A DNA stretch of 64,000 bases from Candidatus Enterousia sp. (GTDB lineage Bacteria; Pseudomonadota; Alphaproteobacteria; Rs-D84), in assembly GCA_045593065.1 (NCBI GenBank), contig JAZNVZ010000003.1, positions 14,248 to 78,247 on the forward strand, given 5' to 3'. Below are positions 39,413-47,613 of the stretch, one piece after another (position 1 is the stretch's first letter; each line of letters starts with the position of its first letter). Below the pieces are notes generated by a model, which was given only the letters and a program-made list of their open reading frames with translations, did not search any database and was not told where the DNA came from. The translations under genes were made by a program, and so were the position numbers.

Positions 39413-39759
39413 CAAAAAAAAATATCGCCGTTTCCGGCGGTATTTTTCGAATGCCCAGAAAGGAAGGAAAGGAGAAAAAGAAACGGGCATTCTAAACTGT
39501 AAAAAACTGGGCGGGGTCCAAGGTCCAGAGGAGAGAGAATGTAGGAGGGAGTCTGAATCCCTGGGCCCCTATCAAATGGATTAATCCCTTTGACGATTCG
39601 TAATGTAATACATTTTATTATGTTTGTCAAGTGTTTTTGTCAAAAAAATTTTTCGTATATTTTTTATGCCCGAAATCCTGGGAAATCGTCCTGGTTGATG
39701 GGGGAATGACTGTGGCGTAAAATTATGGTGTCAGTTTGTACCAAAAAAAGGGGGGCTTT

Positions 39760-39987
39760 ATGACACATGAAGAAGTTTGGCAGGCAATCGAAAAATTCGC
39801 GCAAGAGCACGGAATGTCTTGTTCTGGGCTGGCAAAATGTGGTGGATTGGACGCAACAACATTTAATAAAAGCAAACGTTGGTCTAAATGTGGTCAGCCG
39901 CGTTGGCCGTCCAGTAATAGTATCGCTAAAATACTAAGTGCGACTGATACCGATTTGCGCGATTTTACCAAGCATATGGAAAGATAA
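39760..39987 (+). CDS. short helix-turn-helix transcriptional regulator (alphaproteobacterial LexA/CI-N-domain-like family)
   Basis: MTHEEVWQAIEKFAQEHGMSCSGLAKCGGLDATTFNKSKR...RWPSSNSIAKIL matches a conserved alphaproteobacterial HTH protein I recall. The internal start MTHEE is preferred. Confidence 0.6.
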   Translation: MTHEEVWQAIEKFAQEHGMSCSGLAKCGGLDATTFNKSKRWSKCGQPRWPSSNSIAKILSATDTDLRDFTKHMER

Positions 39988-39998
39988 AGCGATTCGTT

Positions 39999-40928
39999 TT
40001 ATTTGCAAAATATGGAAAATATTTCCCAATGTGTACTGCCCACAAATTGGTCGACAGGAATGACATTGGTTAATTTATATCCACCGCGCACCAGTATGTT
40101 TTTATCGCGCGCCCATGTGTCGGGATTACAAGATATGTATATAATGCGTGCAACATTTGATGCGGATAATTCTGTGGCCTGGGCCATGGCACCTGCGCGT
40201 GGTGGGTCCATAATAACCGTATCGTATTGATTTAATTGTCTGGTTTTCAATGGGTTTTTGAATAAATCGCGTTTTATCCCAATGCCAGAGATATCAAATC
40301 CATCGGCGTTTGTGGCGAATGTAAAATTGCCAATTCCACAGAATAAATCAGCCACCCGTTTTGCGCCCGCGACATTTTCAATAACCAAATCGCGAATTGT
40401 GCGTTCAGTGGTTTCGGTGGGTTGCAAAAATGCCCCGTCTGGGAAATTGATTCGTTTTTCGTCAAATGCGATAACAGGTGTATTATACGCACGAACAATT
40501 TTTTCGTTCCATGTAAATCGAATAATCTGCGCAGGTAATTTTTGTACAGCATCGCGAAATTTTTGGGAAAAATATGGCACATTGCTGGTTGAGTTCACAA
40601 CAATCCCGTTTTCGCATTTTGTTATCAACACAGATGTCGCACATTCCCATGGCAACGCCGCCAGATTAGGCAGAATTTCATTAATTTCAGGCAATACATT
40701 TGGGCAATTTGTTATGTTTACAATGTCACGCGACATTGCTTTATAAAAACCGAATCGGTTTGGGGCCGCCACGAAATCTGCACGGCGGCGTGTGCCAGGC
40801 GCGCCCCAGATTGCGTTTGTGCCGTTTATACCGTGTGGCAGATTTTCCAATTTTTTTGTGTGATAATCAGGCGCAGTAAAATCATACGCACACCCGCCAC
40901 ACAACCCAAAAAACGGACATTTTGTCAT
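39999..40928 (-). CDS. 23S rRNA (uracil-5)-methyltransferase RlmD/RumA-family (lacks TRAM; N-terminal Cys cluster)
   Basis: CPFFGLCGGC Fe-S motif and the SAM-MTase motifs DLFCGIGNF and VIMDPPRAG. Confidence 0.78.
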   Translation of the reverse strand: MTKCPFFGLCGGCAYDFTAPDYHTKKLENLPHGINGTNAIWGAPGTRRRADFVAAPNRFGFYKAMSRDIVNITNCPNVLPEINEILPNLAALPWECATSVLITKCENGIVVNSTSNVPYFSQKFRDAVQKLPAQIIRFTWNEKIVRAYNTPVIAFDEKRINFPDGAFLQPTETTERTIRDLVIENVAGAKRVADLFCGIGNFTFATNADGFDISGIGIKRDLFKNPLKTRQLNQYDTVIMDPPRAGAMAQATELSASNVARIIYISCNPDTWARDKNILVRGGYKLTNVIPVDQFVGSTHWEIFSIFCK

Positions 40929-41012
40929 AAATTTGCCTTTTGTTTATGCTGTCAGTGTATCATAATTTATGTTGATTCCAAGTTGTTTTCTGCATATCAT
41001 ACATATGTTATG

Positions 41013-41828
41013 AAAAATACAGATAAAAAAATTGCTTTGTTCGCGGGCGCATTGTCGTTGCCGTTTTTGGCGCGTGATGTGTTGCGCCGCCGTGGTTGGG
41101 ATGTGTATGTCGTGGGGATCAAGAATTTTTATGACCCGGCATTAAAACCCGATTTGGTAATTCGATTAGGTGGGGCGGGGCGCGCTGCACGGGAATGTCG
41201 CAAACGCGGAATAAAAAAATTAACATTTGTGGGTGCATTGGGACATATTAATTTGGCGGATATTCGGCCTGATTTTTGGTCTTTGGGCGTATTGCTGAGT
41301 GTATTAAAACATCAACGGGGGTATGATTCTATGGCGGTTGCATTTAATAAAGCATTGGAAAAACGTGGATATGAAATTGTTGCGGCCCAACAGGTTGCAC
41401 CAGAATTAACATTTGAACGCGCGGGCGTACAAACCAAAACCAAACCAACCCGTGCAGATATGGCGAATATTGAACGTGCGATTGATGTGTCGCATACCAT
41501 TGGAACGGCGGATATTGGTGCGTCTGTGGTTGTTGATAAACAAGTTATCGCGGTCGAGGCCGCCGAAGGCACTGCGCGTATGTTGGAACGTGTTGTTGAA
41601 ATGCGCCAGAAAAAACACGGTCGGGCATCTGGGGTGTTTGCAAAAATGACAAAGCCAGGTCAAGATTTGCGTATTGATATTCCGGCGATTGGTGTTGATA
41701 CGGTTCGTGCGGTTGCGGCGGCGCATTTGCGTGGAATAATTGTTAATGCTAAAACATGTTTTGTGATTGACAAACCGGCGGTGATTGCGGCGGCTAATCG
41801 CGCAAAAATTTTTATTGTCGCAAAGTAA
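41013..41828 (+). CDS. lpxI: UDP-2,3-diacylglucosamine hydrolase LpxI (DUF1009)
   Basis: A protein of about 272 aa with an LpxI-like N-terminus (KKIALFAGALSLPF) and C-terminus. I used the internal start MKNTDKK. Confidence 0.65.
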   Translation, partial: KNTDKKIALFAGALSLPFLARDVLRRRGWDVYVVGIKNFYDPALKPDLVIRLGGAGRAARECRKRGIKKLTFVGALGHINLADIRPDFWSLGVLLSVLKHQRGYDSMAVAFNKALEKRGYEIVAAQQVAPELTFERAGVQTKTKPTRADMANIERAIDVSHTIGTADIGASVVVDKQVIAVEAAEGTARMLERVVEMRQKKHGRASGVFAKMTKPGQDLRIDIPAIGVDTVRAVAAAHLRGIIVNAKTCFVIDKPAVIAAANRAKIFIVAK

Positions 41829-41970
41829 TTTTTTTCAAAAAACTCTTTTTTTTTATGTCTAAAAAGTGTATAATATATGCAACATAAATAGGGGGGATTT
41901 TGTCGCATTATCAGGAATTTTTCCCCAAAAACAAACAAACGAACGAACGACATATAAAGGAAAGTGTGAT

Positions 41971-43353
41971 ATGAAAATCAAAAATTTTGCATTTTTTGGT
42001 GTTATGGCATCAATTTTGGGCGTCTGTGCCGCAAATGCAGATACGCCAACGGCGAAGCGAATCGCATCCACGCATTATGTGGACGAGACGGTTGCCCCAA
42101 AACAAGATAAATTAGACACCACCGCAGGTACAGGAAATGTTACATTTACTGGCGAAGGTAATGCAATCACAGGTGTTAGTGCATCTGGTGATGGTACGGT
42201 TCAATTTACCAAGGGTGCAACATTTTTGACCGCCACAGATATTACTGGTAAACAAGATAAAATTTCGAATGCGACAAATGGTAATATCACAACCACAGAT
42301 GCATCCGGTCAAACACAAGATTCTGGAAAAACATTTACAACAACAGTTGACAGCAATAGTACGAATGCTCAAATCCCAACAGCGGCTGCGGTTCAAAGTG
42401 CGATTACCACAGCCACGGCGGATGTTTCTGGCAAGGTCGATATTGCCCAGGGTGTTGGACATGAAGAGCATATTGTAGTTACTGATATTAATGGCAATGT
42501 TACGACTGCGCCATCAATTAAGTATACCCAAGTTGATGGATTGGTGGGCGCTTTCCAAGCATATAATGATTCAGCCGTTGATTCCGGAACATATGAAGTT
42601 ATTTCTGCTGGAAACTATGTTGGTAAGAATTTGATAAAGTTGGACGGAGAGAAACAAAATAAAATCGATTCCCGTGTGCCTGCGGTAGGACAAGGAGAGC
42701 CAAATTATCTGGCGATTACACCAAATAGTATCACGGTTGGTAAAAACCTGGCGTTGTTGGACCGCGCAATTCAAGAAAATCGTGGCAAACTTAACAGCAA
42801 ACAAGACGCATCAGATTCAAATGTGCCTGTGGCAGGACAAGGTCAACAGTATGCCGTAATTTCCGCTGGTAATAATGTTGGTACAAACTTGGTTGCATTG
42901 GATACGGCAATCACAAGCAATCTTGCCAAAATTCAAGAAAATCGTGACAAACTTGACAGCAAACAAAACGTAGCAGATTCAAATGTGCCTGTGGCGGGAC
43001 AAGGACAATCATATAACGCGATTACCAGTGGTAATTCTGTTGGTACAAACTTGGTCGCATTGGATACGGCGATTGGTACATTGTCTGGGACGGCGGGCGA
43101 TGCAGTGCAGGGTGTTAATGCAACCGTATCTGGCACTGGCGAGGCCATTACCGCCGTGGCAGAAAATGCAACAACACATAATTTAGATTTGACCAAATCT
43201 CAATTATCATACGCCGGTGCAATGAACAATGCGTTGCCAGAAATCAACGGTACGGCAAACTGGACAACAGCAAATTGTACTGATGATGACCCATGTGTGT
43301 TGACCATGAAATCAAATGGTGTGTTTGTGTGGACACATATGGTTACACAATAA
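41971..43353 (+). CDS. exported fibre-repeat protein 1 (phage-tail-fibre-like repeats; paralog family of three)
   Basis: Signal peptide MKIKNFAFFGVMASILGVCAANA and an N-terminal module AKRIASTHYVDETV. There are three 54-aa tandem repeats (NVPVAGQGQ.Y..I..GN.VGTNLVALDTAI). The C-terminal module is NCTDDDPCVLTMKSNGVFVWTHM. Confidence 0.8.
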   Translation: MKIKNFAFFGVMASILGVCAANADTPTAKRIASTHYVDETVAPKQDKLDTTAGTGNVTFTGEGNAITGVSASGDGTVQFTKGATFLTATDITGKQDKISNATNGNITTTDASGQTQDSGKTFTTTVDSNSTNAQIPTAAAVQSAITTATADVSGKVDIAQGVGHEEHIVVTDINGNVTTAPSIKYTQVDGLVGAFQAYNDSAVDSGTYEVISAGNYVGKNLIKLDGEKQNKIDSRVPAVGQGEPNYLAITPNSITVGKNLALLDRAIQENRGKLNSKQDASDSNVPVAGQGQQYAVISAGNNVGTNLVALDTAITSNLAKIQENRDKLDSKQNVADSNVPVAGQGQSYNAITSGNSVGTNLVALDTAIGTLSGTAGDAVQGVNATVSGTGEAITAVAENATTHNLDLTKSQLSYAGAMNNALPEINGTANWTTANCTDDDPCVLTMKSNGVFVWTHMVTQ

Positions 43354-43369
43354 AATAATCATAACATTT

Positions 43370-43402
43370 TAATCCCCATGATTTTCATGGGGATTTTTTA
43401 TT
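43370..43402 (+). terminator. intrinsic terminator after fibre gene 1
   Basis: Hairpin atccccatgattttcatggggat followed by T-runs. Confidence 0.65.
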
Positions 43403-43432
43403 TTGTTTTTAACATGTATTAATGTGTAAAAA

Positions 43433-43470
43433 AAATCCCTGTCTAATCGACAGGGATTTGATTTATATGC
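43433..43470 (-). terminator. intrinsic terminator after fibre gene 2 (convergent)
   Basis: Hairpin atccctgtctaatcgacagggat with an A7 run on its 5' side on the plus strand, which is the T-run on the minus strand. Confidence 0.6.
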
Positions 43471-43489
43471 AAATCACATGTGGTGATTA

Positions 43490-44653
43490 TTATTGCACAT
43501 TGCCCAGGTTCATGTTTGTCCATGTGTAATTTGTACCATCAAATGTCAATGTACATGGATTAGACCCAGTGCACGATGTGCCCGCAGCATATGCACCACC
43601 ATTAAAGTTTGCCAATTCATATGTCATACCGTCTTTGTATGTAATTCTGCCACGGCCAACACTGATTTGTCCGTTTGTTTGGTCAACTTCGACAACAGGT
43701 TGATTGGTTGCGGTATCTGCAACATTTGTAATTGTGTCTTGTTTGCCCGCAATATCCGCAGCAGTCAAAAATGTTGCGCCTTTTTCAATGGTTACAACAC
43801 CGTTCGCCGCAGTTACCGCGGTTACCGCGTTCCCAGAACCGTTTTGCTGCGATACAACAACATTAGTATTGTTTAATGTATCTTGTTTGCCAGAAATATC
43901 AGGAATTGCAGGCGTGTTTGTCAAATCTGCATAATCACCAGATGTCGCAACTGCGGCCAATGTTGGTTTGTTTGTCAAATCATTATAACTGCCAGATGTC
44001 GCAACCGTTGCCAATGTTGGTTTGTTCAAGATTTGTGCCGCCCCCGTTGTTGCGTTCCAGTCAGATTGAACATTTCCAGATGCCGCCGCGTTTTGAATTT
44101 CGTTCATAACCGTAGAACCATTAGGTACAGTGCCGATTGTGTTGTTAATACCGCTGATTGCACCGGCAACGGCCTGGCCAGATGGTGCGATTGTTGTATG
44201 TGTGGAATCAATCGTGTTTTCAACAAAATCCGCGTTTGTTGGAATTGTTGGTTTGTTTGTCAAATCATTATAACTGCCAGATGTGGCAACCGTTGCCAAT
44301 GTTGGTTTGTTCAAGATTTGTGCGGTACCGCCGGTTGCGTTCCAATCGGCATTAACCTGGGCAGGAACATCGGCAGATGTGATATATCCCGCATCATTTG
44401 CTAATTCGCTGACATTATCGCCTGGTTGCAATGCGGTCGCGCCTTCTGCCGCGCCACCCGCAACTTCATCAATCGCGGATTGGATTGTTGTCGCGGTTAA
44501 TCCGGATGTTTGGTTGTCGTAATCAGCCGCCGCAGCATTTTGTTTAACATAATTTACAGTTGCAACCTGGGTTACAGGGTTAGTGGCGTATGCATTCGCA
44601 GCGGCAAATATAGATGCCATTACGCCAAAAAATGCAAAGTTTTTAATATTCAT
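43490..44653 (-). CDS. exported fibre-repeat protein 2 (contains SGSYNDLTNKPT phage-fibre-type repeats)
   Basis: Start MNIKNFAFFGVMASIFAAANAYA with RBS aaggaa, then VATVNYVKQN. The unit NKPTLA(T/A)VATSG(S/D)Y(N/A)DLTN occurs three times. The C-terminal module is CTGSNPCTLTFDGTNYTWTNM. Confidence 0.8.
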   Translation of the reverse strand: MNIKNFAFFGVMASIFAAANAYATNPVTQVATVNYVKQNAAAADYDNQTSGLTATTIQSAIDEVAGGAAEGATALQPGDNVSELANDAGYITSADVPAQVNADWNATGGTAQILNKPTLATVATSGSYNDLTNKPTIPTNADFVENTIDSTHTTIAPSGQAVAGAISGINNTIGTVPNGSTVMNEIQNAAASGNVQSDWNATTGAAQILNKPTLATVATSGSYNDLTNKPTLAAVATSGDYADLTNTPAIPDISGKQDTLNNTNVVVSQQNGSGNAVTAVTAANGVVTIEKGATFLTAADIAGKQDTITNVADTATNQPVVEVDQTNGQISVGRGRITYKDGMTYELANFNGGAYAAGTSCTGSNPCTLTFDGTNYTWTNMNLGNVQ

Positions 44654-44846
44654 GTTTTGTTCCTTGGTTTTTTGGTTGTTTATTTGTTGGTGAGCAGAAT
44701 TTTTTATATTCTCCCCCCTGATAATTACTTTATATTTTATCATAAAATTGTATTAAAACAAAACTGTTTTTACAAATAATTAATATCAAATTATTGCCTT
44801 TTGATATTTGCGTGGTATAGTTGCAACAACAAAAAAGGTTGATGAT

Positions 44847-45182
44847 ATGAAAAAACAAACGCCGCGCGGGGAACGCATCGCATCCAAAGTCCAAACTATT
44901 GTTGCAGAAATTCTGCGCGATAAATTCAGTGATGATTCGTTGATTGCGGCTGTGTCCCTGGTTGGCGCAGATGCACATGGTGGTTTGTCTTTTGTGCGGT
45001 TGTATTATTACACAAATAATGACCCGGTTTTGACCCAAGAAAAATTGGATTCTATAACAAAAACTGTGCGTTATGAATTGGCGGGACGTTTGAATCAAAA
45101 ATACACACCTGAAATTAAATTTGCATACGATGACACAATCGACCGTGCAAATCGAATCGAAGAATTATTGAAAAATCTGTAA
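44847..45182 (+). CDS. rbfA: ribosome-binding factor A
   Basis: The sequence RGERIASKVQTIVAEILRDKF...VSLVGADAHGGLSFVRLYYY matches the RbfA KH-like fold. Confidence 0.78.
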   Translation: MKKQTPRGERIASKVQTIVAEILRDKFSDDSLIAAVSLVGADAHGGLSFVRLYYYTNNDPVLTQEKLDSITKTVRYELAGRLNQKYTPEIKFAYDDTIDRANRIEELLKNL

Positions 45183-45202
45183 TAAAGTGGGGGGCGCGGG
45201 GG

Positions 45203-45775
45203 ATGAAACTGGGCGAATATATGTTGAGCAAGGCCGAAACCAAAACATATTCTTGGTTCGTGTTTTTAATGACTGTGTGCGAATCGATTTTCTTGTTCGT
45301 CCCGCCCGAGGTTTTTATGACACCACCCATTGTGGCCAGCAAGAAACGCGCCGTCCCGACCGTTGTGGCGGCATCCATTGGTTCGATTGTTGGTGGTGCG
45401 ATTGCGTATATGATAGGACTCTGGCTGTTCGATTCGGTTGGCGTGTGGTTGATTGAAAATTTTGCATCCATGGAACGGTTTGAAATTGCAAAACAATTAT
45501 TTATAAAACACGGTGTGTTTATTATATTGCTGACGGCGGTAACCCCAATACCATACAAATTAATGGCGATTTGCGCGGGTTTTATGGGATTCCCGGCGTT
45601 GCTGTTTTTGGGGGTGTCGGCGATATTTAGAACAGGGCGATTCGCGATTGTTGGATATTTACTGTGGCGATTCCAGGAAAGTGCAAATAAAATTGTTAAA
45701 AAATATTTTTGGCCTTTGACGGCGGCGGCAATATTGATTGCAGGTGTCGGTATATTACTGATGTTTTTGTTATAG
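45203..45775 (+). CDS. DedA/YqaA-family membrane protein
   Basis: Four TM helices and the VTPIPYK motif typical of YqaA. Confidence 0.72.
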   Translation: MKLGEYMLSKAETKTYSWFVFLMTVCESIFLFVPPEVFMTPPIVASKKRAVPTVVAASIGSIVGGAIAYMIGLWLFDSVGVWLIENFASMERFEIAKQLFIKHGVFIILLTAVTPIPYKLMAICAGFMGFPALLFLGVSAIFRTGRFAIVGYLLWRFQESANKIVKKYFWPLTAAAILIAGVGILLMFLL

Positions 45776-45780
45776 TATGA

Positions 45781-46150
45781 ATTACGTCACCCCGCCGCAT
45801 AATCGTCATTCCGGCGCATGCCGGAATCCAGTTTGCGGAGCAAACTTGCTCACTTATTACACAAGTCCGCCTATGGCGGACTGGATACCGCGCGTCCGCG
45901 GTATGACGTCCGCGGTATGACGGGGCAGTTAGTTCTCATCCCGCTTTGTTTATTCCCACACCACAGAATCGTCACCCCGCCGCAGGGCGGGGTCCAGTTG
46001 GCGCAATGCGCCAACTTGTGTAATAATGCAAAAAAACACAAGTTTTGCGGAACGCAAAACTGGATACCGCGCGAAATTCACCCACGAAAATTTGCAATTT
46101 TCGCGGGGCCCGAAACCGCGGTATGACGATTCTGCGCCAAGAATGGAATA
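45781..46150. repeat. GC-rich array of at least 8 short stem-loops (palindromic extragenic repeat cluster, family B)
   Basis: The hairpins are attccggcgcatgccggaat, agtttgcggagcaaact, gtccgcctatggcggac, ataccgcgcgtccgcggtat (tandem), ccccgccgcagggcgggg, agttggcgcaatgcgccaact, agttttgcggaacgcaaaact and a second ataccgcg...cgcggtat. A 25-bp core ccgccgcagggcggggYccagttgg also occurs at 28675. Confidence 0.75.
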
Positions 46151-46316
46151 AAAAATGTAAAAAATTTCAAAAACCATTTTTTTTAACGAAAAATTATGAT
46201 ATAATGTTGTCAACTGTTGGGGGGGAATTTTGTCCTGATATTTTTCTAATAAGTATTGTGCAAACCCGTCCCAATCAACCAATAACAAACAAACGAAAGA
46301 AACAAAGGAACAAAAC

Positions 46317-47456
46317 ATGAAAGTAAGAAATTTCGCGTTTTTCGGCGTAATGGCCGCAATTTTGTCCGTTAGTGCCGCTAACGCAGATACAACAAAACGT
46401 ATCGCATCAACAAATTACGTTGATAACAAAGTTGATAATCAACATAATGGTCAGGTTATCACAGCAACCGACACTACTGGTGTGATAGGATATAAACAGA
46501 TTGATAGCGCAGTAACACAAGGTTCTTCCAACTTGGTTACATCTGGTGCTGTTCAAACAGCTATCGCTAATTCACAAAATGCTACAACATATACAGCGGG
46601 TGATGGTTTGGATTTAAATAATAATGAATTTACTGCAAATGTAGGTGATGGTCTTGCTATCAATGCTACAAGTAAAGCAATTGAATTAGATGCTGCAACA
46701 CAAGCATCGTTGGCTTTGGCTGATACAGCATTGCAACAACACCAAGATATTTCTGGCAAACAAGACAACTTGGGTGGTGGTGCTAATGATGGTAAGGTTG
46801 TTACAGCCACAGGTACGGCGGGTTCAGTTACTTATACTGGAATTGATACCACAGTAGGAGCAAATGCTAACAACTTGGTTACATCTGGTGCTGTTCAAAC
46901 AGCTATCTCTAATGCACAAAATGCTACAACATATACAGCAGGTGACGGTTTGAGTTTAGATGGTAATGAGTTTAATGCAGAGGTTGGTACAGGCCTTGCT
47001 ATTAATGGTAGTGGAGCAATTGAATTAGATTCTGCAACACAAGCATCGTTGGCTTTGGCAGATACAGCATTGCAACAACACCAAGATATCAGCGGTAAAC
47101 AAGACAAGATTGCTAACGCAACAGCTAATGATATCACAATAACAGATGCGAATGGTCAAACACAAGATTCAGGTAAAGCATTTACAACAACAGTTAGTGC
47201 AAGCAGTACAGATGCTCAAATCCCAACAGCACTTGCTGTCCAAACAGCTATCTCTGGTGCAGTTGATACCGCAATCGATGGTGTTACATATCCAACTGTT
47301 AATATTACTGGTAATAATGCTTTGGCTAATATTGATGGTACTGCTGCGGCGAACCAAGACACCCATTGTTCAGCAAATGAACCTTGTGTATTGACATACG
47401 AAGGCAACGGTGCTTACAAATGGTCATCTATTTGGGGTTTGCCAACAAACAACTAA
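46317..47456 (+). CDS. exported fibre-repeat protein 3 (paralog)
   Basis: Signal peptide MKVRNFAFFGVMAAILSVSAANA, then KRIASTNYVDNKV. An approximately 80-aa unit (NLVTSGAVQTAI.N.QNATTYTAGDGL.L..NEF.A.VG.GLAIN......IELD.ATQASLALADTALQQHQDISGKQD) occurs twice. The C-terminal module is CSANEPCVLTYEGNGAYKWSSIW. Confidence 0.8.
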   Translation: MKVRNFAFFGVMAAILSVSAANADTTKRIASTNYVDNKVDNQHNGQVITATDTTGVIGYKQIDSAVTQGSSNLVTSGAVQTAIANSQNATTYTAGDGLDLNNNEFTANVGDGLAINATSKAIELDAATQASLALADTALQQHQDISGKQDNLGGGANDGKVVTATGTAGSVTYTGIDTTVGANANNLVTSGAVQTAISNAQNATTYTAGDGLSLDGNEFNAEVGTGLAINGSGAIELDSATQASLALADTALQQHQDISGKQDKIANATANDITITDANGQTQDSGKAFTTTVSASSTDAQIPTALAVQTAISGAVDTAIDGVTYPTVNITGNNALANIDGTAAANQDTHCSANEPCVLTYEGNGAYKWSSIWGLPTNN

Positions 47457-47613
47457 TTGTTGACCGTTTCAGCATAGGTTTATGTTGAAATAAAAATCAC
47501 ATGTTTTGATTCCGTACCCCCGCGCAGATTTGCGTGGGGGTTTCTGGTTGCTCCGTTTTCGCTTGCAAATGGTGTTATACTGGTGTATCATTGCCGCAAA
47601 GGATGCGCGGGAA

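Noticed and set aside
39396-39630. Short ORFs (62 aa on the plus strand, 72 aa on the minus strand) in the purine-rich intergenic region
   Set aside because: No RBS and low-complexity Lys/Glu or junk translations. A structured noncoding region fits better.
40833-41012. 60-codon N-terminal extension of the lpxI ORF
   Set aside because: The extension is Cys/Ile-rich and overlaps the divergent rlmD-like gene. LpxI family proteins are about 270-280 aa and start near MKN/KKIAL.
43883-44404. 173-aa plus-strand ORF inside fibre gene 2, together with 43493-44109 plus-strand ORFs
   Set aside because: Cys/Arg-rich antisense translations of the repeat region. The minus-strand gene has a signal peptide and RBS and is paralogous to the other two.
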